A DNA stretch of 64,000 nt from Patescibacteria group bacterium (GTDB taxonomy: Bacteria; Patescibacteriota; Microgenomatia; 2-02-FULL-39-11), in contig JAMCUI010000004.1 of NCBI GenBank assembly GCA_023379265.1, positions 9,273-73,272 on the forward strand, in the 5' to 3' direction. The translations under genes and the position numbers were made by a program. This document shows positions 11,589-21,981 of the stretch, piece after piece. Under the pieces are notes generated by a model. It saw only the letters and a list, made by a program, of their open reading frames with translations. It was not told the origin of the DNA and did no database searches. The stretch's first letter is position 1, and each line of letters starts with the position of its first letter.

Positions 11589-11698
11589 CTTTACTATTTA
11601 CCAAAGCATAAGATTTTATTCCGATAAATGTCAAGACGAAAAAAGAGGCATATAACAAGAGCCAAAATTTATCGGCAAGCCTTGCCGCCTTTTCATTT

Positions 11699-12229
11699 CT
11701 ACTGGTAATTCCTCAGAGATATCGTGCTTTGGTATTCCAAAGTATTATAACTACCAGGAGTGGGGGTCAAAGATGTCCCGCTGTAATTTACGGTATAGTT
11801 TATAAAAACATACTTTGGGGAAGTGGGAGGAGTAGGGCAGACTATGCGGAAATTGCATCCTGATACATCAACCTTGGAACTGGTCAGGGATACCATTCCT
11901 GTTGGGGTAGGATTCGGCCAGGCGGAAATAGAAGATATTTGATTTCCGCTGCTACAGTCAAACATTGTCGTGTTTCCATCGGGATTCGTAATGGTAAGCT
12001 GGCTGGTGTTTGAATTACATTGTATTTGCTGTATGTCTACAGCATTCCTTACCATAGATTCCATCACCGACATTGCAAAATCACCGTTTTGTTTAATTTC
12101 CTTCAGAGTCTCGCTTCTTGTCTGGGATTTTATTCCCAAAATAAATATCTGGGTGGTAATGATACCGATTATCCCAACCAAAGTGGTAACTATCAAAAGC
12201 TCTATCAGTGTAAAACCATTTTCTCTCAT
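11699..12229 (-). CDS. Type IV pilin-like protein (minor pilin)
   Basis: GFTLIELLIV prepilin motif. Confidence 0.9.
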   Translation of the reverse strand: MRENGFTLIELLIVTTLVGIIGIITTQIFILGIKSQTRSETLKEIKQNGDFAMSVMESMVRNAVDIQQIQCNSNTSQLTITNPDGNTTMFDCSSGNQISSISAWPNPTPTGMVSLTSSKVDVSGCNFRIVCPTPPTSPKYVFINYTVNYSGTSLTPTPGSYNTLEYQSTISLRNYQ

Positions 12230-12258
12230 AATTATCTTATTTTCATATATTCTTTATC

Positions 12259-12762
12259 TTAATTCCAATTAGTCAAACATGACGATATGTCCACTTCAGG
12301 AGCTGGGGTTACACCCACAGCTCCTTTAGACCATTCCACTTTTGCCGTAATCTTATACGCCACGGGAGTGGGAGTTATTGTTGCTACCGGTAACGGACAG
12401 TCAGCGGGATTAGAACCGGAAATTTGAAGCGATTGGCCATAAGTTCCTGTCGGTGTAACCGGAACCGGAGTAAGGCCGCTGTTTATGTAGCAAGAGGAAA
12501 AACAGTTAGTAGTGAGAGAGCCCAGTCCGCCCGAATCCCGTATCACTCTTGCACGCTCGATCTGTTGGTTGGCAAGATTGGTAGCGATGCTCTTATTTTC
12601 CGAAAAGATAGAATTTCGTATGGCATATAGTTCAATAGCTGTAATACCGGACATAAACAGTATGATAAGAGTCAGCGCTACCAATACTTCAATCAGTGTT
12701 TGACCGCGTGTTATCAGACCTGCCGAGTCGGAAGCAACTCCTGTGCTAACATCAATGATCAT
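12259..12762 (-). CDS. Type IV pilin-like protein (PilV-like); leader derived from a tandem repeat
   Basis: GQTLIEVLVAL prepilin motif. Confidence 0.85.
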   Translation of the reverse strand: MIIDVSTGVASDSAGLITRGQTLIEVLVALTLIILFMSGITAIELYAIRNSIFSENKSIATNLANQQIERARVIRDSGGLGSLTTNCFSSCYINSGLTPVPVTPTGTYGQSLQISGSNPADCPLPVATITPTPVAYKITAKVEWSKGAVGVTPAPEVDISSCLTNWN

Positions 12763-12975
12763 AAACTTTAATATCTAAGGACACGGTGTTATCAGACCTG
12801 CCGAGTCGGAAGCAACTCCTGTGCTAACATCAATGATCATAAACTTTAATATCTAAGGACACGGTGTTATCAGACCTGCCGAGTCGGAAGCAACTCCTGT
12901 GCTAACATCAATGATCATAAACTTTAATATCTAAGGACACGGTGTTATCAGACCTGCCGAGTCGGAAGCAACTCC
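12708..12975. repeat. Tandem repeat, 78-bp unit x3.4, spanning a pilin stop codon and the next pilin start
   Basis: GTGTTATCAGACCTGCCGAGTCGGAAGCAACTCC starts at 12708, 12786, 12864, 12942. Confidence 0.97.
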
Positions 12976-13527
12976 GGCAGAATTTATACTAATTCTGTAA
13001 TACCCGTCAGCCGGGGCATTTTTATTACTCATACAAATTACCGCCGGCTGACTTACTGTCCCAGAGTTTTCGGTAAACAATATCCTTGCTGTATCAGGCG
13101 GTGTAATATAAGGCGTCACTAAAACATCCTTGGAGAAAGTAAAATTTTGTGTAGAAAACTGGCTGCTACCACACTTGCCATATATTTGTTTATTTGTAAA
13201 GTCGACATACCACCCGTCCCATCCTGTTGAAGAGTCAGGAGAGCAATTGCATACGCTGCAGTCTATCTCACCATTATATGACCTGCTTTGGGCATCCCTC
13301 AAAATGTTTTTCATATTCTGACCTGCGGAAATGACCGTCTGTTTCTGGTTTAGTGTGGCATAGCCGGCAAAACTTACACCCAAAAGAAGAAATATGACCG
13401 TGACAACCACCAGGATCTCAATGAGGGTAAAACCACTCAACAGTTGTGAGTTGTTCCGCCGCTTGCGTGATCCCGCTGAGGCGGGATGAGTTGTAAGTTG
13501 TGAGTTATTTTTTATTTTTTGAGTCAT
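12931..13527 (-). CDS. Type IV pilin-like protein (FimT/GspH-like)
   Basis: GFTLIEILVV motif after an extended leader. Confidence 0.9.
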   Translation of the reverse strand: MTQKIKNNSQLTTHPASAGSRKRRNNSQLLSGFTLIEILVVVTVIFLLLGVSFAGYATLNQKQTVISAGQNMKNILRDAQSRSYNGEIDCSVCNCSPDSSTGWDGWYVDFTNKQIYGKCGSSQFSTQNFTFSKDVLVTPYITPPDTARILFTENSGTVSQPAVICMSNKNAPADGYYRISINSAGVASDSAGLITPCP

Positions 13528-13573
13528 TTTATAAACTATTAACTAACAACCAACAACTTACAACCCAACCAAA

Positions 13574-14089
13574 TTAAGGATTTGTCACCTGATAATTACA
13601 ATTACTGCCACATAAAGTGCCCCCGGAATCGTTACAATAGGCACTTGAGGCACCGGTACTGCCGTTTTCCAAATGTGCACACAAATCGTAGTGCAATGAG
13701 TCAGTCTGGAGGTAATAATAAGCAAATGCAGGCGATTTGGGATCGGAAGGATACTTCGCTATATAACTGCTGTCCAGACTCGGTATGCCTGTAGTAGTAG
13801 GCAAGGGATAAGATGAATTTTCGGACTTATAGATCTCAAGGGCGGAGCGCACCTGTTCCAGATCGGATTTGCGCAAAGCATCCCGGCCGTTTCTTGTCAT
13901 GGCTTGATATCCGGTCACGCCGATTGTAGACAAAAGGGCAACAATTGTAGCTGCCACCAGAATCTCAATAAGTGTAAAACCGAACATCGGTTGTAAGTGG
14001 TGGGTGGTGGGCCCGCCGGCCGGCTCGTCTCGCGGTGAAGCGGGCGAGGCAGTTTGCGGGTAAACTCTGTTTGATTTGTTCTTTGACAT
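13574..14089 (-). CDS. Type IV pilin / GspG-like pseudopilin
   Basis: GFTLIEILVA, GRDALRKSDLEQVRSALEIY, DP motif; start set at MSKNK. Confidence 0.9.
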   Translation of the reverse strand: MSKNKSNRVYPQTASPASPRDEPAGGPTTHHLQPMFGFTLIEILVAATIVALLSTIGVTGYQAMTRNGRDALRKSDLEQVRSALEIYKSENSSYPLPTTTGIPSLDSSYIAKYPSDPKSPAFAYYYLQTDSLHYDLCAHLENGSTGASSAYCNDSGGTLCGSNCNYQVTNP

Positions 14090-14091
14090 GT

Positions 14092-14580
14092 TTACTGCTG
14101 ATTTGAAACGCAAAAATAATTTGGGGACTCAGACTCAAGTCCTGTGCAGACGGTATAGGATGAGGTAGTACAGTTTGAAGCGCCGGGAGTCGGCCCACAG
14201 TAATATGGAGTCCCCTGGGGGTCAACCGGAACAGCGGGCATAATGCTTATCGGTGGAGTGGGACAATTTATAGCAGTAAAAAAGCTGTTTCCGCCTCCGG
14301 CAGGAGTGATATAAGCATAACCGCAAACGGAATAATACTGCTCCAGTGCAGATTGAACTTCCTTAATATCACTTTTTCTTTTGGCATCCCGTCCTTTTTT
14401 CTGGGCGCTTGAGAAGGATGTCAGGCCCATGGCGATAAGTACCGTAATTATGGAAATAACAACCAACAACTCAAGCAGGGTAAAACCATAGTTATCGTTA
14501 TGGATAGATTTCGATTTATAGTCTGAGACTGTTAATCTACCAAAGATTTGAGATTTGAGATTTGAGATTTGAGATTTCAT
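14092..14580 (-). CDS. Type IV pilin / GspG-like pseudopilin
   Basis: GFTLLELLVV, GRDAKRKSDIKEVQSALEQY; start set at MKSQISNLKSQI. Confidence 0.9.
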   Translation of the reverse strand: MKSQISNLKSQIFGRLTVSDYKSKSIHNDNYGFTLLELLVVISIITVLIAMGLTSFSSAQKKGRDAKRKSDIKEVQSALEQYYSVCGYAYITPAGGGNSFFTAINCPTPPISIMPAVPVDPQGTPYYCGPTPGASNCTTSSYTVCTGLESESPNYFCVSNQQ

Positions 14581-14581
14581 A

Positions 14582-15064
14582 TTAAGGTTCATGTATAGTA
14601 TAACTGTTTCCGGTACTAGTATTGCAAGGAGAAACAGGAGTGAGGTCTTTATCCGGATCCACAGCATTCTCAAGACAGGCAGAAAGAGCATATTGTGACG
14701 TACTGCCGGGATTATATATATAAGGTGTGCCTGTCAGGCTTCCCGGATCGCACGGAACTTTTCGCAAGTAAATATTTCCGCTACAGTTGGAGCTTGAAGA
14801 CCAGCACTGTCCGCATATGGAAGCCGGAAATGCGCCCGTTGTGGGATATCGCTGATATTGATCATTTAATTTATATAGTTCGAGGGCTTTTTGGATATTT
14901 GATAAATCACCTTTCCTTTCAGTGTCTCTAGCCCTTTCACGGGCTCCCATGAAATTGGGAAAGAGTACAGCAATTACCATGGAAATTATAGCTATCACCA
15001 CAAGAAGCTCGATAAGGGTAAAACCTGAATTCAGTTGTGAGTTGTTTTTTATTTTATTTATCAT
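14582..15064 (-). CDS. Type IV pilin / GspG-like pseudopilin
   Basis: GFTLIELLVV, ARDTERKGDLSNIQKALELY. Confidence 0.92.
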   Translation of the reverse strand: MINKIKNNSQLNSGFTLIELLVVIAIISMVIAVLFPNFMGARERARDTERKGDLSNIQKALELYKLNDQYQRYPTTGAFPASICGQCWSSSSNCSGNIYLRKVPCDPGSLTGTPYIYNPGSTSQYALSACLENAVDPDKDLTPVSPCNTSTGNSYTIHEP

Positions 15065-15107
15065 GTCGTGAAACTGGCTACCTGCTACTTTCTACATATT
15101 ACATAAA

Positions 15108-15617
15108 TCACGGCGTAATATTTGGACTTGAAATTCCATAGTTGTAATACACTGAGCCACCAACTGGACAGGCGACTGTCGGTATAATTTGGGAGTCTTC
15201 CTGGTTCTCCAAATGGGCATACAGCTTGTAATAAGTGCCGGACGCATCAGACGAATAACAATAAGCATATCCCGGGGAAGCCGGATCCTGGGGGAGTTTC
15301 TGCATATACACTACAGATGAGTTACCGGGATTTGACAAAGGTGACCCCCAGGCGGGAAACTGTGTTTCGTTGGGATAAGACCTCATATCATTATAATAAA
15401 GCTCAAGAGACTTGGAGGTAAGTGAAAGATCCTGTTTTCGCCTGGCATCTCTACCTTTTATGATAGAAGTGAAGAAATTTCCCCAAAGAGCACCACTGAC
15501 AATTGCTATAATTGCCATAGCTATAATAAGTTCCAGGAGTGAAAAACCTGACAGATAAATTTTATTTTTTTCCTTCCTGTTTATCCTAACCGTCTTCAAT
15601 TTTTCTCTTGTGACCAT
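15108..15617 (-). CDS. Type IV pilin / GspG-like pseudopilin
   Basis: GFSLLELIIA, GRDARRKQDL...LELYY. Confidence 0.9.
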   Translation of the reverse strand: MVTREKLKTVRINRKEKNKIYLSGFSLLELIIAMAIIAIVSGALWGNFFTSIIKGRDARRKQDLSLTSKSLELYYNDMRSYPNETQFPAWGSPLSNPGNSSVVYMQKLPQDPASPGYAYCYSSDASGTYYKLYAHLENQEDSQIIPTVACPVGGSVYYNYGISSPNITP

Positions 15618-15665
15618 TTTTATGAAACTAACTCTTAAACACTCATTTTTGGCTGCAAAAAATAT

Positions 15666-16436
15666 TCAAAACCCCATAAATTTTATGGAAAAAGACCATA
15701 TGCTATATCCGAATAGAAGAGAAACATAAGTGGCTGCCGCAAGAAAAGGACCAAAAGGTATAGTGCTTTTCATTTTTTTCTTACCCTTTATTACCAGTAT
15801 CAGGGAAAAGACCGCTCCTGTCAAGAAAGCCAGGTAAAAAGAAACTATGACAGCAGGGTAACCGAGCACAAGTCCCATGGCAAAAGCAAACTTCACGTCT
15901 CCCAACCCCATACCTTTACCTTTAGTGGCAACAGTCAGAAGGAGGAAAATCAAAAAAGCCGCCAAAGCGGAAAAGAAATTGTTTAAGAACTGGTTGATAT
16001 CAAAAAAAAATAGATATAAAAAACCTGATATCACCATCAGAAGTACTATCTGATCAGGAATTATCCTGTATTTAAGGTCCGCACCAAAAACCACAATCAG
16101 ACATCCTGTGAGCAACAACCAATATAAAAACTGGAAATCGCTTACCCCAATATTCTGAGAAAAAAGTACATACGCCGTAAAAGAAAGGAAAAATCCAGTG
16201 AAGATTTCCGATAGGGGATACTGCCTTGATATTTTTTTACCGCAATATCTGCATTTTGCGCTAAGAGCAACAAAGGAAAATACTGGAATAAGATCGTACC
16301 ATGCCAATTTGTGCCGGCAAAAGTCGCAATGCGACCTTCCTGAAATCACATTTTCACCTTTAGGCAACCGGTCAATAAGCACATTCAGGAAAGAACCAAT
16401 GAACAGTCCAGCGATAAAAATAATGAGTATCATCAT
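15666..16436 (-). CDS. pilD: Prepilin peptidase (A24A)
   Basis: GSFLNV..DRLP, two CxxC pairs, GMGLGDVK, PFGPFL. Confidence 0.95.
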   Translation of the reverse strand: MMILIIFIAGLFIGSFLNVLIDRLPKGENVISGRSHCDFCRHKLAWYDLIPVFSFVALSAKCRYCGKKISRQYPLSEIFTGFFLSFTAYVLFSQNIGVSDFQFLYWLLLTGCLIVVFGADLKYRIIPDQIVLLMVISGFLYLFFFDINQFLNNFFSALAAFLIFLLLTVATKGKGMGLGDVKFAFAMGLVLGYPAVIVSFYLAFLTGAVFSLILVIKGKKKMKSTIPFGPFLAAATYVSLLFGYSIWSFSIKFMGF

Positions 16437-17788
16437 TTTTCTCTATATTTATTTTTTTTATTTCCCGCCTCCGACGCCATCCATAAAATAATCATATCAG
16501 TAACAAAATAGGATTCGTTTATGAATGTATAGCGGAATAAAATATAAAAAACCGAATAAAAAATTGCGACGGACAATAAAACAGCCGTCAAAATTTCATC
16601 ATTTTTTTTATATCCGGCAATTGCCGCATATAAGTTTTTTACCAAGAAGACCAATACCGCTAAAACAACGATTATCGTCACGAAAAACGGAATATCCCGG
16701 TTATAAAAAACGTTGTATAAGGCGTTCAGGCTCATTGCCCTGGGATATGGTATCCACCAATTCTGCTTGTTTGAATAAAAAAATCCGCCGATAGTCTGGA
16801 TAAAGAAAATTTTCGGGTCGGCAATAAAAAATGGAGAAACCGTAACTAAAATGACGGCTACAGAAGCATAAAAAAACTTTTTCACTTTCTTAAAGAGAGG
16901 GAATAAAAAAGGGTAAAGCACAACATAAACAGGTTTTATTCCAACCAACAACCCGAATATTAAACCGCCAAAAATCGTCTTATCAATCCTCCTGGAGCTA
17001 AACTTTTGCGAAAGAATATAAAAAGTAAGAACCAAAAAGAAGAATTCCATTTCCACGAGCCATGACTGCTCGACAATAAAAAGGGAATTTGGCCTGAATA
17101 GATAAATTAACGACAATGATTCAGAAACAATACTTCTTCCACCAATAAGATAAATCAGCAAGGCACTGCCTATTTCTAAAATGGCAAAAAGCAATCTGGG
17201 ATCGCCAAAAAGGGCAACAAACGGAATCTGAAGGAGAAATGACACCGGCCAGTAAGCAAAATAATTGCTGGGTACTCCGGCATACACTTGGGAGTAATGC
17301 GTATTGTAAGGATTTAGGCCTGAAAGTACTTTCATCGGGGCTTCCTTTAATATAGTAAACACATCTATAGTAGGAGATGGAGATGCTATAATTATCAAAA
17401 TCCTAAAAGCCAACGCGGCCAAAAGCAGGAAAACATACCGTAATCTCCTGTCTTTTGCCTGAAAATTATATTGAGGAACAATATAGGACAAAATGACAGG
17501 GAATATGAAAAGGGGCAAAAACTGAAGAATGGCCGATGAAATAAAATCCGTCTGATAAATTCCGCCCGAAAAAAACATAAATAATGAATATGAGACAACA
17601 AGAGAATAAAGCGCTAACGTTTCAGAATTTGATACATCCTTATTGATTTTATTTCTGTAAAAATAGACTATAAAAAGGAGAAATAAAACTGAGACGGCAA
17701 TTAAAATTCCGGCAAAACTCAAGAAACCTCTGTTAAAAGTAGTGACTATTATGGATAAAAAGACAATAATAAAGCTTAGGTTTGCCAT
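16433..17788 (-). CDS. Polytopic GT-C fold glycosyltransferase-like membrane protein
   Basis: Many TMs; PTIDVF...GLNPY...YFAYWP...FGDPR lumenal-loop pattern typical of GT87-like proteins. Confidence 0.65.
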   Translation of the reverse strand: MANLSFIIVFLSIIVTTFNRGFLSFAGILIAVSVLFLLFIVYFYRNKINKDVSNSETLALYSLVVSYSLFMFFSGGIYQTDFISSAILQFLPLFIFPVILSYIVPQYNFQAKDRRLRYVFLLLAALAFRILIIIASPSPTIDVFTILKEAPMKVLSGLNPYNTHYSQVYAGVPSNYFAYWPVSFLLQIPFVALFGDPRLLFAILEIGSALLIYLIGGRSIVSESLSLIYLFRPNSLFIVEQSWLVEMEFFFLVLTFYILSQKFSSRRIDKTIFGGLIFGLLVGIKPVYVVLYPFLFPLFKKVKKFFYASVAVILVTVSPFFIADPKIFFIQTIGGFFYSNKQNWWIPYPRAMSLNALYNVFYNRDIPFFVTIIVVLAVLVFLVKNLYAAIAGYKKNDEILTAVLLSVAIFYSVFYILFRYTFINESYFVTDMIILWMASEAGNKKNKYREK

Positions 17789-20066
17789 AGGATTAGTTTA
17801 TCACAATATCCTTCTTCTACTCATCCCTGCGTTATTGATTTCATTTTTTTTCTTCAGGCTTTTCTTTCCCAATCCCTCACTCTTTATGATCCCGGATTTT
17901 GGCGAGAGCGACGTGTTACATCTTAACCTGCCACTAAAATTTATCCTTTCTCAATCGTTAAGAAGCAAAAACTGGCCTTTATGGACTCCTTATCTTGGTG
18001 GTGGATTTCCAATCCTTGCGGAAGGACAAATAGGGACCTTCTATCTGCCGAATCTGATCTCTTTCCGGTTTCTCCCGTTTATTACAGCATACAATCTAAA
18101 TCTTCTCTTTGCGTACGTTCTAATCTTTGCCGGTTCATTTTTATTCTTCAGGATTTTAAATTTATCAAAAACCGCCTCAATTGCCGCCGCTACAGTTTTT
18201 ACCTTTTCAGGATATTTATCAGTCCACCTCAACCATTTTGATCTCATCCAGGCAGCCTCACTGCTCCCCCTTATCTATTGGTCCGTAGTAAGGCTTTGGA
18301 AGAAAAAACACAACCTGCAATCAATAATTCTGACTTCATTCCTGCTTTCCCAACAGATATTTACGGGTCATTTTTATATTGTATTTATCACCCTTATTGG
18401 GGCAGCAATGATATTTCTCATGTTATATATATTTGATAGAAAAAATACGTCTATATCTCATTTCCTCTATAAATCGGGACTATTCTTATCGGCACTTCTT
18501 TTAACCTTTTTACTCTCAGCAATCCAGCTTTTCCCGACAATTGAACTCTGGAAACAATCAACAAGAAAAGCCGGCCTGGATTATAATACGGTGACGGCTT
18601 ATCCCTTTTCTTTCAAAGAGTTTGTCACCTTTCTCAAACCATATTTTTTTGGCAGCCCCGCAAACGGCACTTATCCTCAGTTTAGCAACGATTGGGGTGT
18701 TTTTTGGGAAAATACGGGATATATAGGAATAATTCCTCTTACCATGGCCCTTGCCTGCCTGCTGTTTTTCAGGGATAAAAGGGTAAGAATCGCCGCTGTA
18801 ATGTTATTTTTTTCCCTACTTCTTGTTTTGGGAAAAAATTCCCCATTATATTTCGTTTTTTCCTTTCCACCTTTTTCTTTTTTCCGCGTGCCTTCAAAAT
18901 TTCTCCTCTTAACTGATTTTTCGCTCGCTTTTCTGGTAGCAATTTTGCTGCATAAGACTTTAGAAAGCATAAGAGGTGTATATAAAAAATCTGCTTTATA
19001 TAAAACCAAGCTTATAACTGTACTTTTCCTACTTTGCTTACTGGCAGGGGGAATAGTAGGGGACGAGTATCACTTCTCATATTCATACCCGCCGACAACA
19101 CCAGCCAATTGGTGGACAACCCCCCCGGAAACCGCAAAACTATTACAGGCTCAACCAAAGGGCGGAGTCACTGATATCGGATCCAGAATCGCCTGGAATG
19201 AAATTTTTCTCACACATGGATGGGATGATATAAAACTTTTCTCCTACCTGAGAAATTATATTTATCCAAACTATAACTCACTATTTTCCCTAAAGGGATT
19301 TGATGTAAACACAGGAGGTCTAGTACCCATAAGGCAGAAACTGTTTATTTCCGCAGGCCAGCAATGGGATACCAAAAATAATATCGCTACAGTTAGCGCT
19401 GTGGCTAAAAATATCTTATCGCTTGCTGGAATACGCTATGTCTTGTCTCCTTATCGGCTGGACGGGATAAAAACTGAAATTGTCGATACGGTCAGATTTC
19501 CCGCAAAAAAAATCAGGCCTATCAGTATCTACAAAAATATATCAGCCTTGCCAAATGCTTATATGTCTTATAAAACCAAATTCATCTCCACTCTTGACGA
19601 GTTCTTCAACGCTTTGGAAAATCATAAGATTTTAACAGACAGGACTGTTCTAATAGAAAATAAACATTTAGCGGTAAATAATAACCCTGAAACCTTAAAT
19701 AATGTCAAGCTTATAAAATCACACGATAATCAAAATATTTGGAAAGTTTATACTGAAAACAAAGGTATTTTTGTCATTTCAGACACTTATTATCCGGGCT
19801 GGTCTGCAAATGTGGACGGAAAAAGCGTTCAAATAGCACCAGTAAACCTGACCCAACGGGGAATACCTTTGGAAATGGGAGAGCACACCGTAATTTTAAG
19901 ATATGAACCATTATCGTTTGCGCTGGGCAAATATACCACTTACGCGACAATGGTCATAATTGTTTCAGTTCTACTTGTTTCCCTCTCGATTTCTCATCAT
20001 AAAGTTTACGGTAAAACTCAGCCTTACCCTTATCCTGGAAACAAACGGCATAATTTATCGACATAA
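17742..20066 (+). CDS. YfhO-family GT-C membrane protein
   Basis: WPLWTPYLGGGFP, FRVPSKF, C-terminal SDTYYPGWSANVDG...RGIPL..GEHTV; exact start uncertain. Confidence 0.85.
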   Translation: MTIMDKKTIIKLRFAIGLVYHNILLLLIPALLISFFFFRLFFPNPSLFMIPDFGESDVLHLNLPLKFILSQSLRSKNWPLWTPYLGGGFPILAEGQIGTFYLPNLISFRFLPFITAYNLNLLFAYVLIFAGSFLFFRILNLSKTASIAAATVFTFSGYLSVHLNHFDLIQAASLLPLIYWSVVRLWKKKHNLQSIILTSFLLSQQIFTGHFYIVFITLIGAAMIFLMLYIFDRKNTSISHFLYKSGLFLSALLLTFLLSAIQLFPTIELWKQSTRKAGLDYNTVTAYPFSFKEFVTFLKPYFFGSPANGTYPQFSNDWGVFWENTGYIGIIPLTMALACLLFFRDKRVRIAAVMLFFSLLLVLGKNSPLYFVFSFPPFSFFRVPSKFLLLTDFSLAFLVAILLHKTLESIRGVYKKSALYKTKLITVLFLLCLLAGGIVGDEYHFSYSYPPTTPANWWTTPPETAKLLQAQPKGGVTDIGSRIAWNEIFLTHGWDDIKLFSYLRNYIYPNYNSLFSLKGFDVNTGGLVPIRQKLFISAGQQWDTKNNIATVSAVAKNILSLAGIRYVLSPYRLDGIKTEIVDTVRFPAKKIRPISIYKNISALPNAYMSYKTKFISTLDEFFNALENHKILTDRTVLIENKHLAVNNNPETLNNVKLIKSHDNQNIWKVYTENKGIFVISDTYYPGWSANVDGKSVQIAPVNLTQRGIPLEMGEHTVILRYEPLSFALGKYTTYATMVIIVSVLLVSLSISHHKVYGKTQPYPYPGNKRHNLST

Positions 20067-21963
20067 GAAAGTAAACTGTCGGGCTATCGGGAGAAATCTT
20101 TTCTGCCGCCTCAATCTGTTTTTTTGCGTCCTGACATCGCTTCTTCTCTATATATACCTGTGTCAGAATGGTATAACTGTCGCTGTCTCCTGGATTTAGA
20201 CTTTCGGCCCGCAAGAGATTCTTTTCCGCATCACCTGAATATCCGTTTTTAGCCTCCCAGAAGCCTGTTTCCTGACGCGCGGTAGAATAAATTGACAGGT
20301 TATCTGACAAAAGGAGGTTCTGGAAATGGGAAAGGCTGCCGGATAGTGGATCATGATAAATACTCCATAGTTTTTCGTTTTCTTTATGGATAAATTCTTT
20401 TTGGGGAACATCACCTTTTTCATAATATCTGAAAACTAAACCCCAGGGTATCCAAACTCCCTCCGTATTACCAAAAGCAAGTTTGCTGAAAACGGGAAAC
20501 TTACCATAGTTGTCCTTTACAAACGACTTAAACAGGAATACTGTGTCATCCGAATTTTGAGGTAAAGTCAAATCAGGATAACTCCTTTTCAGTTGGTCAA
20601 AATAGTAAGGAGTGCCGAATTTCCCCAGATGTATAAGTTTTACATCCGGCCGTATTTTCTGAGTGTAGTAGACATACTGTGTGTTGAAAAGGGGTGTGTC
20701 CGTGGAAATGACAAAAACACTGTTTTTGGGCAGGCTGGACAAAATATCATAAGCCAGGTTTTCTGCAGTAAAATCATCCCTGAGAATAGTGATTTTGGGA
20801 TAATTTATAAGAAAAATACCTACCGGATAAATAATAAACATAAGAACAAAAAGGCTTAAAACCGTATTACTCTTGGCTGAGGAAAACAAACGGGCAAGGA
20901 GCACCTTCATAAACAAATAAAGCTGTAACAGACCAAAGACGGTAAAAAAAGATAAAAGTATATAAAGCGGCTGGACAAAACGCTCAAAAGTACCAACCAG
21001 AAAATTCCCCACAAGTGGAAAAGAGGCATAAAAAATAAAAAAGAGATAAGAAACGGTCGAAAAAAGTAGCATAAAGAATACATCTCTTTTTTTCCTGAAT
21101 AAATAGAAAGATCCGGCAAGAATTAAAATTATCCCAAGAACACGGAAATCGTTAAAGACGAAATTAAATGCCGCCCAGACGTCTAAAGCCCGAAGCGCCG
21201 GTTCCATCATCACAAACGACCCGACCTTAAATGTCCCGTAGCCGGCGCGACTCACAAGCGCAACTACGTTTGAAGGCGTTACCTGACCTTGCCAGTTTAG
21301 AGGTGAATAAGATAATGAAGGAAGCAGAATATATATGTATGGCAAAAGGCCCGCGATAAAAAGAAATATAGATTTTATCAGTAAAGTCTTTCGAAATAGT
21401 CTTTTGTTTTTCCAAAAGAGCCATAAAAGGCCTGGTAAAACGAAAATAATTATCTGGTGGTGGGTAAAAGACAATCCAAGGAAGAATGAGAAGAGATAGA
21501 TATATTTGCTCCTTTTTTCTTTTGTAAACCGCAGAGCCGCCCAAAAAAGCAATATTATAAATAAATTGTTCAGCGCAAACACTTCCACTACTTCGCTATA
21601 GAGCCATACCGGATAAAGAAAGGCATAAGAAAAAACGCTTAAAAGGGGAATAAAAACTGATCCTCCCGTCAGAATATAAAAAATATCAAAAAGAAAAAGC
21701 AGGGAAATAAGCGAAGGAATACTGGATAAAAACCCCACTTTCCAAGCGGCAGTACCTCCCGTAACAAACTTTAGAATTAAAATTCCAAGAGAAGTATAAA
21801 GAGGATAACCCGGCGGATGGGGAATACCTGCTGTCACAATGGCGGAGACCAGATCACCTGCATCTCCGCCATAGATTGTCTTTAATTGATAATATAAGTA
21901 TAGGCTACCGCATATAAAAAATATACTCAGTAGCCCGAGAAAATATCTTTTTTCTTTTACCAC
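19954..21963 (-). CDS. DUF2723/TMEM260-like protein O-glycosyltransferase with C-terminal TPR
   Basis: GGDAGDL...GIPHPPGYPLY, EVFALN, THHQ motifs; TPR-like C-terminus. Confidence 0.85.
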   Translation of the reverse strand: MVKEKRYFLGLLSIFFICGSLYLYYQLKTIYGGDAGDLVSAIVTAGIPHPPGYPLYTSLGILILKFVTGGTAAWKVGFLSSIPSLISLLFLFDIFYILTGGSVFIPLLSVFSYAFLYPVWLYSEVVEVFALNNLFIILLFWAALRFTKEKRSKYIYLFSFFLGLSFTHHQIIIFVLPGLLWLFWKNKRLFRKTLLIKSIFLFIAGLLPYIYILLPSLSYSPLNWQGQVTPSNVVALVSRAGYGTFKVGSFVMMEPALRALDVWAAFNFVFNDFRVLGIILILAGSFYLFRKKRDVFFMLLFSTVSYLFFIFYASFPLVGNFLVGTFERFVQPLYILLSFFTVFGLLQLYLFMKVLLARLFSSAKSNTVLSLFVLMFIIYPVGIFLINYPKITILRDDFTAENLAYDILSSLPKNSVFVISTDTPLFNTQYVYYTQKIRPDVKLIHLGKFGTPYYFDQLKRSYPDLTLPQNSDDTVFLFKSFVKDNYGKFPVFSKLAFGNTEGVWIPWGLVFRYYEKGDVPQKEFIHKENEKLWSIYHDPLSGSLSHFQNLLLSDNLSIYSTARQETGFWEAKNGYSGDAEKNLLRAESLNPGDSDSYTILTQVYIEKKRCQDAKKQIEAAEKISPDSPTVYFLMSINYAVCFQDKGKAEFYRKLYDEKSRGKQVELKQL

Positions 21964-21981
21964 TTCTTCAACCTATTTCCG

